Assembly (NCBI GenBank): GCA_964552565.1
Contig: CAZKGL010000001.1
Span: 237,113-301,112 of the forward strand
Reading direction: 5' to 3'
Origin: an uncultured Gammaproteobacteria bacterium
GTDB lineage: Bacteria; Patescibacteriota; Patescibacteriia; UBA9934
DNA: 64,000 nucleotides
Part shown: positions 7,231-16,626 of the stretch, in pieces
Numbering within the stretch: position 1 is the first letter of the stretch
How the letters are laid out: every line of letters starts with the position of its first letter
Notes under the pieces: generated by a model
The model's input: only the letters and a program-made list of their open reading frames with translations
Databases searched by the model: none
What the model was told of the DNA's origin: nothing
Made by a program: the position numbers and the translations under genes

Positions 7231-9294
7231 ATGGAGTTTTCTCTCCGCTCACAATACCAACCCGCAGGCGACCAGCCGAAGGCGATACAGGAACTCACGG
7301 ACGGCCTCCGCGAGGGTTTGTCGCGCCAAACGCTGCTCGGCGTCACCGGGTCGGGCAAGACGTTCACGATGGCGAACGTCATCCAGCGCGTGCAGAAGCC
7401 GACGCTCGTCATTGCGCATAACAAAACGCTTGCAGCGCAGCTGTGCCAAGAGTTCCGCGAGTTCTTTCCGGAAAACGCGGTCGAGTATTTCGTGAGCTAT
7501 TACGATTACTACCAGCCGGAGGCGTACTTGCCGCGCACCGACACGTACATCGAGAAGGACGCGCAGATCAACGAAGAGATCGACCGCTTGCGCCACGCCG
7601 CGACGCAGGCGCTCCTCACGCGGCGCGACGTCATCATCGTCGCGTCGGTGTCGTGCATCTACGGCCTTGGTTCGCCGGCCGAGTATAGCAAGAGCGGCAT
7701 GCGCATCATGATCGGTGACCCGCTGTCGCGCACCGAACTGCTGCGCCGCCTCGTCGACATGCAGTTCACGCGCACGACGACGGACCTGTCGCGCGGCCAG
7801 TTCCGCGCCCAGGGCGACGTCATCGAACTCATGCCGATGAACGAAGAGGTGTTGTACCGCCTCACCATCGAGGACAATCGCGTGCACGAGATGCTGCTGC
7901 TTGACCACGTCACGCGCATGGTGCGCGAACGGTTGACGCAGATGTGGCTCTTCCCGGCAAAGCACTACATGACCGATGCGCTCAGCCGTGAACGTGCGCT
8001 CCAGGACATCGAGGCCGAGCTCAAGGAGCAGCTTGCGCGGTTTGAGAAGGAGGGCAAAGTGCTCGAGTACGAGCGGTTGTCGCGCCGCACCCGGTACGAC
8101 GTCGAGATGATCCGCAACATCGGGTTCTGCAGCGGCATCGAGAACTACTCGCGCCATTTCGACGGTCGTCGCGAAGGCCAACCGCCGTACACGCTGCTTG
8201 ACTACTTCCCGGACGATTTCCTGACCGTCATCGACGAGTCACACGTCACGCTGCCGCAGATCGGCGGCATGTACGCCGGCGACCAGGCGCGCAAGTCGGT
8301 GCTCGTCGAGCACGGGTTCCGCCTGCCGTCCGCAAAGGACAACCGGCCGCTCCAATTCGATGAGTTCATCGACCGCATCGGCGCGATGGTGTACGTCTCG
8401 GCGACACCGGGGGCGTATGAAGCGACGACATCGCAGAAGGTCGTCGAGCAGATCATCCGCCCGACCGGCCTCGTGGACCCGGAGACCATCGTGCTCCCAG
8501 TGGTCGCGTCCGGCGACTACCCGGGGCAGATCGGCGATCTCATCGTGCGTATTGAAGACCGTATCGGCAAAGGCGAGCGCACGCTCGTGACGACGCTCAC
8601 GAAAAAGATGGCGGAGGACCTCACCGAGTATCTCAAAGAACGGAAGATCAAGGTGGCGTACTTGCACTCCGACGTCGAGACGCTGGAGCGCATCACGGTG
8701 TTGTCCGACTTGCGCAAGGGGACGTACGACGTGGTCGTCGGCGTCAACCTGCTGCGCGAGGGCCTCGACCTGCCGGAGGTATCGCTCATCGGCATCCTCG
8801 ACGCGGACAAGGAAGGGTTCCTGCGCTCCGAGACGTCGCTCATCCAGACCATCGGACGCGCGGCGCGCAACGTCAACGGCCAAGTCGTGCTCTACGCCGA
8901 CCAGATGACCGGGTCGCTCACGCGCGCGCTGAAGGAGACGGAACGCCGCCGCACCTTGCAGCTGGCGTACAACAAGGAGCACGGCATTACGCCGGAGACG
9001 ATTAAGAAAAAGATCGGCGACATCCGCGCCGAGCTCATGAACGAGCGGCCGGGCGACATCCAGCAGGTGCTGAAGATCGAAATGACCGCGTCGGCGAAGG
9101 AGCTGCGCGAAGTCATCGCGGAAAAGAAAGAGGAGATGGCGATGGCGTCGGCGAACCTCTTGTTCGAAACCGCCGCGATCCTCCGCGACGAGATTATTGC
9201 GCTCGAAGCCGAGCTCGCCCAAGAAAAAAAGCGGACCGCCCGCGCCTCCACGAAAGGGAAGCGGGGCGGTACACGGACGAAGACGGCGGGCTAG
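7231..9294 (+). CDS. uvrB: excinuclease ABC subunit B
   Basis: PAGDQPKAI, LLGVTGSGKTFT, YFVSYYDYYQPEAY, GVNLLREGLDLPEV, C-terminal UVR domain. Confidence 0.98.
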   Translation: MEFSLRSQYQPAGDQPKAIQELTDGLREGLSRQTLLGVTGSGKTFTMANVIQRVQKPTLVIAHNKTLAAQLCQEFREFFPENAVEYFVSYYDYYQPEAYLPRTDTYIEKDAQINEEIDRLRHAATQALLTRRDVIIVASVSCIYGLGSPAEYSKSGMRIMIGDPLSRTELLRRLVDMQFTRTTTDLSRGQFRAQGDVIELMPMNEEVLYRLTIEDNRVHEMLLLDHVTRMVRERLTQMWLFPAKHYMTDALSRERALQDIEAELKEQLARFEKEGKVLEYERLSRRTRYDVEMIRNIGFCSGIENYSRHFDGRREGQPPYTLLDYFPDDFLTVIDESHVTLPQIGGMYAGDQARKSVLVEHGFRLPSAKDNRPLQFDEFIDRIGAMVYVSATPGAYEATTSQKVVEQIIRPTGLVDPETIVLPVVASGDYPGQIGDLIVRIEDRIGKGERTLVTTLTKKMAEDLTEYLKERKIKVAYLHSDVETLERITVLSDLRKGTYDVVVGVNLLREGLDLPEVSLIGILDADKEGFLRSETSLIQTIGRAARNVNGQVVLYADQMTGSLTRALKETERRRTLQLAYNKEHGITPETIKKKIGDIRAELMNERPGDIQQVLKIEMTASAKELREVIAEKKEEMAMASANLLFETAAILRDEIIALEAELAQEKKRTARASTKGKRGGTRTKTAG

Positions 9295-9701
9295 GAGAAC
9301 TTCGGCCGACGCGGCACCTGGCTGGGGCCATCGATCTTGCAGCGCTGAAGGAGCTCCTTCAGCTCACCGGTCGACATGCTCCGCACGGTCGCCTCGTCGG
9401 GGACATCCGTGAGGCGCTTCGCGGCCGTGCCGTTGCCGATGATCTCGAGCATCACGTTCACGAGCTGGTGCTGCGTGAACGCGGCGAAGCTGCCGACCGT
9501 CGGGTCGCGCGACGTCCCTTCCGGGCGGTAGTCCTCGCTCTTCGGCGAATGCTGGCCGGGGATGCGGCGGATGCCCCGACGCATCATCGGGCCCTGGCCG
9601 GCCGGGTCGTTCGGCAGCTGCATGCTGCCGGACGTGGCGCCGGGCGCGGAACGCGGGTCGAGGTCGACGCTGCCGTCGACGCCACCCATGCCGGTGTCCA
9701 T
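9291..9701 (-). CDS. orphan hypothetical protein between uvrB and uvrA, opposite strand
   Basis: ORF fills the uvrB-uvrA gap; GC3-biased codons on the minus strand; ATG at 9701. Confidence 0.55.
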   Translation of the reverse strand: MDTGMGGVDGSVDLDPRSAPGATSGSMQLPNDPAGQGPMMRRGIRRIPGQHSPKSEDYRPEGTSRDPTVGSFAAFTQHQLVNVMLEIIGNGTAAKRLTDVPDEATVRSMSTGELKELLQRCKIDGPSQVPRRPKFS

Positions 9702-9762
9702 GGTGGGATCGCTTGGGTCGGTCGGACGGGTCAAGATACCTCCAAGAGCACATAAACCATAT

Positions 9763-12306
9763 ATGCAAGACCACATCATCGTCAAAGGCGCGCGGGAGCA
9801 CAACCTAAAGAACATCTCCGTGTCCATGCCGCGCAACCAACTCATTTGCATTACCGGGCTTTCCGGTAGCGGGAAGTCGAGTTTGGCGTTCGACACCATT
9901 TTCGCCGAAGGCCAGCGCCGCTACATTGAGTCGCTTTCGGCGTATGCGCGGCAGTTCCTTGGCGCCATGCAAAAACCGGACGTCGACGAGATCGAAGGCC
10001 TGTCGCCCGCGATCTCCATCGACCAGAAGGCGCACAGCCGAAATCCGCGCTCGACGATCGCGACGATCACGGAGATCTACGATTACTTGCGCGTCCTTTT
10101 TGCGCGCATCGGCGAGCCGCACTGCCCGAACTGCAGCACGCGCATCGAAAAGCTCACCGTCGACGAGATGGCGGATATTGTGGTGCGGGAGGCGGGGAAG
10201 CGGGGGGAGAAGAAGGGGAAGAAGTCGAAGCCGGAGGATCGCGAAGTGAGCATCTTGGCCCCGGTCATCCGCGGTCGCAAAGGTGAGTATTATCAATTGC
10301 TGTACGATTTGTATAACAGCGGCTTCGCGAAGGTGCGTATCGACGGCAACATGCACCGCTTGAGCGAAAAGATCAGCCTGTCGCGGTACATGCAGCATAC
10401 GATCGAGGTCGTCGTCGACACGATTCCTGTCGTCGATCTCCGGCAGCCGACGAAGGACACGCGCCAGCGCTTGAGCGAGGCGCTCGAGACCGCCACCGAC
10501 CGCGGCGACGGCGTGGCCGTCATCCTGTACGGCGAACAGGAGGAGCGCACGCTGTCCGCACGGTTCAGCTGCGTGCGGTGCGGGTTCTCGTTTCCCGAAA
10601 TCGAGCCGCGCCTGTTTTCGTTCAACAGCCCGTACGGCGCTTGCCAGGCGTGTTCCGGCCTGGGCACCGTCGACCTGTTTTCGGACGAGGTCTGCCCGAA
10701 GTGCAACGGCATGCGCCTGCGTCCCGAGGCGTTGTACGTGTGGATCGGCGAGCGCAACATCGTCGACGTCACTTCGATGTCGGTCGACGCTGCAGTTGCG
10801 TTTTTCCTTACCCTCGACCTCCAGGAACGGCAGCGCGAGATCGCGAGCACGGTATTGAAGGAGATCGAGGCGCGCTTGAGCTTTCTTTTGGACGTCGGCC
10901 TGCACTACCTGACGCTGAATCGCACTGCGGGCACGCTGTCGGGCGGCGAGGCGCAGCGCATCCGCCTCGCGTCGCAGATCGGCTCGCGGCTCACCGGCGC
11001 GCTCTACGTGCTCGACGAGCCGACCATCGGCTTGCACCAGCGCGACAACGAACGGCTCATCAAGACGCTCGAAGACTTGCGCGACCTCGGCAACACCGTG
11101 CTCGTCGTCGAACACGACGAAGACACGATCCGTCGTTCGGACTACATGGTGGAAATCGGTCCGGGGGCGGGCGTGCACGGCGGCCATGTTGTCGCGGCCG
11201 GCCCGGTGCCGGAGATTTTCAAGGACAAGAAGTCGCGGACGGCGGCGTATCTCCGTGGCGACGCGACGATTCCCGTTCCCGACACACGCCGCACAAAAGA
11301 ATCGGGCGCCATCAAAGTGCGCGGCGCGACCGAAAACAACTTGAAGAACGTCGACATCGACTTCCCGTTGCGGCGTTTCGTGTGCGTGACCGGCGTGTCG
11401 GGCAGCGGCAAGTCGTCGCTGGCGTATGACGTCATGTACAAAGCGGTCGCGAAGAAGTTGTACGGCGGCAAGGACAATCCGGGCAGCCACAAGGCGATCC
11501 TCGGCATCGAGTACATCGACAAGGCGATCCTCATCGACCAGTCCGCGATCGGCCGTACGCCGCGCAGCAACCCGGCGACCTACACCGGCGCGTGGGGCCC
11601 CGTTCGCGACCTGTTTGCGATGACCGAAGAGGCGCGCTTCCGCGGCTACAAGCCGGGGCGCTTCAGCTTCAACGTGCCGGGCGGGCGCTGCGACCATTGC
11701 GAAGGGCACGGCGTCATCGAGATCGAGATGCACTTCCTGCCGACGGTGTACGTGACGTGCGAGGTCTGCAAAGGCAAGCGCTTCAACCGCGAGACGCTCG
11801 AGGTGACATACAAGGAGAAGAACATCGCGCAAGTGCTCGAGATGACTATTGAAGAAGCGGCAACGTTCTTCGTCGACATCCCCGAAATCCACGACAAACT
11901 GAAGGCGCTGAACGACGTCGGCTTGAGCTATGTCACCCTCGGCCAGAGCGCGACGACGCTCTCCGGCGGCGAGGCGCAGCGCGTGAAGCTCGCGGCCGAA
12001 CTCAGCAAGCGCCAGACCGGCAAGACGCTGTATCTGCTTGACGAGCCGACGACCGGGCTCCATTTCGACGACGTCAAAAAGCTCCTTGAGGTGCTCCATT
12101 CGCTCGTCGACAAGGGCAACACGATCGTCGTCATCGAACATAACCTCGACGTCATCAAGACCGCGGACTACATTATCGACATGGGCCCCGAGGGCGGCGA
12201 CCAGGGCGGCACCGTCGTCGCGACCGGCACGCCGGAAGAAATTGCGCGCCGCGCGGACAGCCACACGGCGAAATACCTGCGGCCGATGCTGAAGAACAAA
12301 CGTTAG
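9763..12306 (+). CDS. uvrA: excinuclease ABC subunit A
   Basis: [34 protein letters not shown], zinc fingers, two LSGGEAQR signatures. Confidence 0.98.
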   Translation: MQDHIIVKGAREHNLKNISVSMPRNQLICITGLSGSGKSSLAFDTIFAEGQRRYIESLSAYARQFLGAMQKPDVDEIEGLSPAISIDQKAHSRNPRSTIATITEIYDYLRVLFARIGEPHCPNCSTRIEKLTVDEMADIVVREAGKRGEKKGKKSKPEDREVSILAPVIRGRKGEYYQLLYDLYNSGFAKVRIDGNMHRLSEKISLSRYMQHTIEVVVDTIPVVDLRQPTKDTRQRLSEALETATDRGDGVAVILYGEQEERTLSARFSCVRCGFSFPEIEPRLFSFNSPYGACQACSGLGTVDLFSDEVCPKCNGMRLRPEALYVWIGERNIVDVTSMSVDAAVAFFLTLDLQERQREIASTVLKEIEARLSFLLDVGLHYLTLNRTAGTLSGGEAQRIRLASQIGSRLTGALYVLDEPTIGLHQRDNERLIKTLEDLRDLGNTVLVVEHDEDTIRRSDYMVEIGPGAGVHGGHVVAAGPVPEIFKDKKSRTAAYLRGDATIPVPDTRRTKESGAIKVRGATENNLKNVDIDFPLRRFVCVTGVSGSGKSSLAYDVMYKAVAKKLYGGKDNPGSHKAILGIEYIDKAILIDQSAIGRTPRSNPATYTGAWGPVRDLFAMTEEARFRGYKPGRFSFNVPGGRCDHCEGHGVIEIEMHFLPTVYVTCEVCKGKRFNRETLEVTYKEKNIAQVLEMTIEEAATFFVDIPEIHDKLKALNDVGLSYVTLGQSATTLSGGEAQRVKLAAELSKRQTGKTLYLLDEPTTGLHFDDVKKLLEVLHSLVDKGNTIVVIEHNLDVIKTADYIIDMGPEGGDQGGTVVATGTPEEIARRADSHTAKYLRPMLKNKR

Positions 12307-12480
12307 CCGCGAATAACCTTCCTTGGGAGGATCTCTTCGAGGAGTTCGCGTAGATTGCTTCGTCATCGGACTCCTCCCAATGACGGATGAATAATGAGAT
12401 CTCGTATAAAGAACTTGTCGTTCTGATCCGGCGATTTACGAAAAATTCCTAGACAATATTGAAATTGACTAGGAAATACG

Positions 12481-12592
12481 TTGACGCGACGGCGTTTCGG
12501 TGCTAACCTGCACCGTTCCTTTCCTCCATCGGCGCGAGGCCTCGGGAGCTCTCAAAAGGGTTCCTGGGGCCTCGTTCTGAAGGAGGATGGAA
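12481..12592 (+). promoter_or_regulatory. promoter plus SD-sequestering 5' UTR hairpin
   Basis: TTGACG (12481)...TGCTAACCT; long stem in which TCCTCC 12522-12527 pairs with GGAGGA 12582-12587. Confidence 0.6.
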
Positions 12593-12596
12593 TCGC

Positions 12597-13316
12597 ATGC
12601 CCGAAGAGATCCCGATCGACGTCATGGGGGCGCTGCGCAAGGCGCCGCTCGTCGAGTTCACCCGGCACGGCCACGCCGACTACCCGGAGTACGGCCTGGC
12701 CTGCGGCCACGCCGGCGGACGGATGGTGTTCGCGCGCTACCGGTCCGGACGCATCGTGCTCGGCACGCTCGAGGCGAAGGAGGAGGTGCGCTTCATCAAC
12801 GGCGTCGGGCTTGGCGACCTCGTCGCCAAGGCGTACGACGACCCGCGTCGTCACGACGACTGGGTCCGCATCGAGTACCTCGACCCCGAGGACCAGGAGC
12901 GCGTCATCCGCCAGGTCGCCGACTTCAGCGCGTGGCGCGCTGCGGAGTTCGTGAAGTACGCGACCTTCAACGGCGCGCGCCGCATCGCGCGGAACGCTGC
13001 GCTGCCGGTCATCGTGCGCATCGCGGCTTACCCGAAGATCCGCACGCCCCGGCTGCGCGCGAAGCTCGAGGCGCTCGTCCACTCGAGCGCCTGGCCCGAG
13101 GGCGAGGCGCGGCACGAGTACATGGTTGGCGCGGCGGTCGTCGCGCTGGCGCAGATCCGCGCCGGGCAGCCGCTGACCGACCCGGATGCGCTGCCGGTCA
13201 TCGTGCAGCAGCAGATCGCGCTCAACGCGGCGGGCACGTACAAGCTTTTCGACGGCTCGTGGATGACGGAAGTCCGGGCGCTCCACGAAGCGGCGGGCGA
13301 CACGGGTATCGAGTGA
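12597..13316 (+). CDS. orphan hypothetical protein (239 aa)
   Basis: AAGGAGG SD, strong GC3 bias, followed by hairpin 13321-13363. Confidence 0.75.
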   Translation: MPEEIPIDVMGALRKAPLVEFTRHGHADYPEYGLACGHAGGRMVFARYRSGRIVLGTLEAKEEVRFINGVGLGDLVAKAYDDPRRHDDWVRIEYLDPEDQERVIRQVADFSAWRAAEFVKYATFNGARRIARNAALPVIVRIAAYPKIRTPRLRAKLEALVHSSAWPEGEARHEYMVGAAVVALAQIRAGQPLTDPDALPVIVQQQIALNAAGTYKLFDGSWMTEVRALHEAAGDTGIE

Positions 13317-13444
13317 ACGTCGGGGGTGCGGGGTTCGGGTCCATGCCCGACCTCGTACCCTCGCGAGACCAAAGATTCGAAGACCGCTTCGGTGCTTTGG
13401 CCTCGCCTGGACCAGATAGAAAGGCGCAGGGTAAGGAGGCGATC

Positions 13445-13597
13445 ATGACCCAGAAGGACAAGCTCGTGCCCACGGTGTGCCGTGGCCCCGAAGCGATTCG
13501 TGCGACGCCGCAGCCGCCGCCGAAGGGGTGCGAGCCGAAGGGATGTACGCGCGTGGGGTGCGGCCTCCGACGAGGCGTGAAGCGCGACGTCATGTAG
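13445..13597 (+). CDS. small basic Cys/Pro-rich peptide (50 aa)
   Basis: TAAGGAGG SD 5 nt before ATG; MTQKDKLVPTVCRGPEAIRATPQPPPKGCEPKGCTRVGCGLRRGVKRDVM. Confidence 0.5.
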   Translation: MTQKDKLVPTVCRGPEAIRATPQPPPKGCEPKGCTRVGCGLRRGVKRDVM

Positions 13598-13743
13598 CGG
13601 AGGACGTTGCAGGCGCGAGGGAAGGCAATGCCTCCCTCGCGCCGCGAGACCGGACTGCTGAACCTGTTTCAGCCGCGCGGTCTCGCTGAGACGTTGGCGA
13701 GGAAATCACCAGTGTGTGGTCACCAAAGGGAGGGTATCGATCC

Positions 13744-14010
13744 ATGGTCAATCAATCCGTCGCGTCCCGTCGGGGGGACATCCAACACCGCGTGATCGAG
13801 GTCATGAACGGGTTCCGCAGCCCGGACGTCACCCGGTCGGTCACGCTCGAGGATGCGATCATCGACGTCGTCAACGATTCGATGGACTGGGTGGAGGCGT
13901 GCATGGATCTCGAGCAGCAGTTCAAGGTCACGCTCGAGATCGGCGACTACTACGAGAAGCGGAGGCCGATCCGCGACATCGTCGACGCGATCATGCAGGC
14001 CAACGCGTAG
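13744..14010 (+). CDS. acyl-carrier-protein-like protein
   Basis: 88 aa, acidic; DSMDWVEACMDLEQQFKVTL resembles the ACP DSLDxVELxMxLEEEFxI signature; GGGAGG SD. Confidence 0.7.
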   Translation: MVNQSVASRRGDIQHRVIEVMNGFRSPDVTRSVTLEDAIIDVVNDSMDWVEACMDLEQQFKVTLEIGDYYEKRRPIRDIVDAIMQANA

Positions 14011-14161
14011 GGCCGGGGTGCGGGGCAGGATGGGGTTCGCCCGTCCGCTCCGCACCCTCGCCAAGCATCTTTTTTTGTTTTAGGGTGCCTTGTTCAAAAA
14101 CTGACGATCGGCAGATTTTGAGCAGTTGCATGTGCCGTCTCTTTTCGGCAAACTGGAACGC

Positions 14162-15505
14162 ATGGTACGCGCAGATATTGTCATTAAAAACGGAGGCCTG
14201 CCCGACAATCCTGGGGTCTACTTTTATTACGACAAGAACGGCACGCTGCTGTACATCGGCAAGGCGACGAGTCTGCGGAAGCGTGTCGGGTCATACTTTG
14301 TGAAGGCGCACGACGCGCGCATCGAAGACCTTGTGCGCACCATTGCGCGTATCGAGTACATCGAGACGCCGACGGTCATCGAGGCGCTCGTGCTTGAGGC
14401 GAACCAGATCAAGAAGCACCAGCCGCCGTACAACGTCATGCAGCGGGACGACAAGAGCTTCTTGTACCTGTGCATCACGAATGAAGACTTTCCGAAGCCC
14501 GTGCTTTTGCGCGGCTTCGATCTCGAGCGCATGGGCATCAAGCCGTTCTCGCGGACGCTTTCGCTTGCGGCGCGCCGGAAGTTTCTTGGCGTCTACGGCC
14601 CCTACATCAGCGGCCGGTCGCTGCGCACCGCGCTTGAGCTCGTTCGGAAGTCGATTCCTTGGTCAACCTGCGCGCCCGGCCAGAACCGTCCGTGTTTTGA
14701 TGCGCAAATTGGGAAGTGCCCGGGCGTGTGCGTCGGTGTCGTATCCAAAAACGCATACCGCAAAACGATGCGCCAGCTCATGCTGTTCTTTTCCGGCAAG
14801 AAGGACCAACTGCTGCGCCAGCTGACGCGCGAGATGCAGCGTGCCGCAAAAGCGGGAAGGTTCGAAGAGGCCGCGAAACTGCGCGACCGTGTCTTTGCGC
14901 TCGAACACATTAAAGACATTTCGCTCATCACCCGTGAAGAGGAGGATTTGCGCGCGAAATGGCGCAGCGATAACGCGGTGCGCCCGTTCATCGACATCGA
15001 CGGGCGTATTGAGGCGTACGACATCGCGCATCTTTCCGGCACGTCGAACGTCGCGTCGATGGTCGTGTTTGAGGGTGGCCGCCCGAGCAAGAGCCAGTAC
15101 CGCCGGTTCCGCATCAAAGGGTTTGAGGGCGCGAACGATGTCGCCGCGATGGAGGAGGTGATTCGCCGTCGTGTCAAACGGAACGTGGTGACGCCGAATG
15201 CTTGGCCGCTGCCGGAGCTGATGGTGATCGATGGCGGCGAGTTGCAGGTGGCAGCGGCGCAGCACGTACTCGACGAACTCGGCGTGAAGGTGCCGGTCGT
15301 CGGCATTGCAAAGGGCGTTGACCGGAAACAGGATCGTTTGGTGTATGACGAGTCGGATGCAGAGTTGAAACGCGTCGTCACGAGTTTTAAAACCGTGCTG
15401 CAGGCCGCGCGCGACGAAGCGCACCGGTTTGCCGGGGCGTATCATCGCGTGCTCCGCAGCAAGCGCTCGCTGGGCATTTCGCCGATCAAAAAGAAGCGCG
15501 CATAA
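14162..15505 (+). CDS. uvrC: excinuclease ABC subunit C (short form, no C-terminal HhH seen)
   Basis: GIY-YIG LPDNPGVY...YIGKATSLRKRV, UVR domain FEEAAKLRD, RIEAYDIAH, LPELMVIDGG, RDEAHRFA. Confidence 0.92.
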   Translation: MVRADIVIKNGGLPDNPGVYFYYDKNGTLLYIGKATSLRKRVGSYFVKAHDARIEDLVRTIARIEYIETPTVIEALVLEANQIKKHQPPYNVMQRDDKSFLYLCITNEDFPKPVLLRGFDLERMGIKPFSRTLSLAARRKFLGVYGPYISGRSLRTALELVRKSIPWSTCAPGQNRPCFDAQIGKCPGVCVGVVSKNAYRKTMRQLMLFFSGKKDQLLRQLTREMQRAAKAGRFEEAAKLRDRVFALEHIKDISLITREEEDLRAKWRSDNAVRPFIDIDGRIEAYDIAHLSGTSNVASMVVFEGGRPSKSQYRRFRIKGFEGANDVAAMEEVIRRRVKRNVVTPNAWPLPELMVIDGGELQVAAAQHVLDELGVKVPVVGIAKGVDRKQDRLVYDESDAELKRVVTSFKTVLQAARDEAHRFAGAYHRVLRSKRSLGISPIKKKRA

Positions 15506-15563
15506 CAACACCGAACCCCGCGCGAAGCGAGGTTCGGCGGGGTGGAGACGACGGAGGGGTGCG

Positions 15564-15872
15564 CTAGTGCGGAGGGTTGTTGCAGTCCTCGACGGCTTCG
15601 TCGAACGACCAGCCCTCGTTGCGGACGCGGTAGCTGACGCACGCCCGAGTCTTGCTCGACTCAGTGGAGCTGGTGAGCCAGGCGCTGAAGGCGGCATCTT
15701 CTTCCGGGACGAGCATCCCGTCCTCGTCGAGGAACGGGAGGCGATCCGCGCCGCCATCGGCGGTGGTGCCGTCGGCGTCGTGGTCGGGTTGCGTGGGGCA
15801 GGCGGCCAGGGTGCTGCCGAGGACGGTTCCCATGAACGCGATGAGCAGGAAGGAGCGGAGAAGCGAGGACAA
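15564..15872 (-). CDS. orphan putative lipoprotein
   Basis: TTG start after CCGGAGG; hydrophobic signal ending LAAC; acidic mature part. Confidence 0.6.
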   Translation of the reverse strand: MSSLLRSFLLIAFMGTVLGSTLAACPTQPDHDADGTTADGGADRLPFLDEDGMLVPEEDAAFSAWLTSSTESSKTRACVSYRVRNEGWSFDEAVEDCNNPPH

Positions 15873-16037
15873 GACGGGGCCTCCGGAGTGCGCATACAGG
15901 ATACTGCTTCCACGTGAAAATGCAACGTCCGGTGGGGAATCGATGTCGGGAACGTTTATGCACAAGAACAAACGCCGAACGCGTTTTTTGTTTTGTGCCA
16001 GCGGAAAACTTCGTCGTGAGCAATTTGGAACGTTGTG

Positions 16038-16090
16038 TTGACCTTTGGAGTGTCGTGGGGTAAAGTGGTGTTGTTAGGCATGAAGTGGGG
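16038..16090 (+). promoter_or_regulatory. mraZ promoter with MraZ-box repeats
   Basis: TTGACC-17-TAAAGT overlapped by (G/T)TGG repeats at 10-bp periodicity (16045, 16055, 16065, 16085). Confidence 0.75.
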
Positions 16091-16192
16091 CATGCGCCGG
16101 CAACTAGAGGCCGGACGTAGGCAACACTTCTTTTTGTGGAAAGAGCAGGGCGCTTCACCCCGGTGAGGAGTCCGAAGTAAGTCACGATCGCC

Positions 16193-16624
16193 ATGTTCCT
16201 TGGCGAATACCATCATTCCATCGACGACAAGGGGCGCGTCAGCGTCCCTACGAAGTTCCGCGACGACCTCGCAAAAGGGGCGGTCGTGACTCGAGGTCTC
16301 GACACTTCACTGTTCCTGCTTCCCTTGGAGGAGTGGGGCAAGCTTGCTGAGAAATTGGCAGGTTTGCCCCTGGGGCAGGCCAATTCACGTGCGTTCTCCC
16401 GACTCATGCTTGCGGGGGCAATGGACGTGCGGCTTGACGGGCAGGGACGGTTCGTCATTCCGGAGTACTTGCGAGAGTACGCCGGTCTCAAGAAGGACGT
16501 GGTGGTAGTAGGCGTCCACAACCGTTTGGAGTTGTGGGACGAGGAGGAGTGGAAGACGTACACCGCGAAGACAGAGGAGGATGCGGAAACGATCGCCGAA
16601 CAGCTCGGCGGCCTCGGCATCTAG
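16193..16624 (+). CDS. mraZ: division/cell wall cluster repressor MraZ
   Basis: MFLGEYHHSIDDKGRVSVP, LDGQGRFVIP..LREYAGL, NRLELWD. Confidence 0.97.
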   Translation: MFLGEYHHSIDDKGRVSVPTKFRDDLAKGAVVTRGLDTSLFLLPLEEWGKLAEKLAGLPLGQANSRAFSRLMLAGAMDVRLDGQGRFVIPEYLREYAGLKKDVVVVGVHNRLELWDEEEWKTYTAKTEEDAETIAEQLGGLGI

Positions 16625-16626
16625 CT

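Noticed and set aside
9805-12366. 853-aa antisense ORF (similar ones at 40341-42785, 45818-47737, 56778-59128)
   Set aside because: Shadow frames of uvrA, nrdJ, the PBP and dnaK, caused by high-GC codon bias; no recognisable domains
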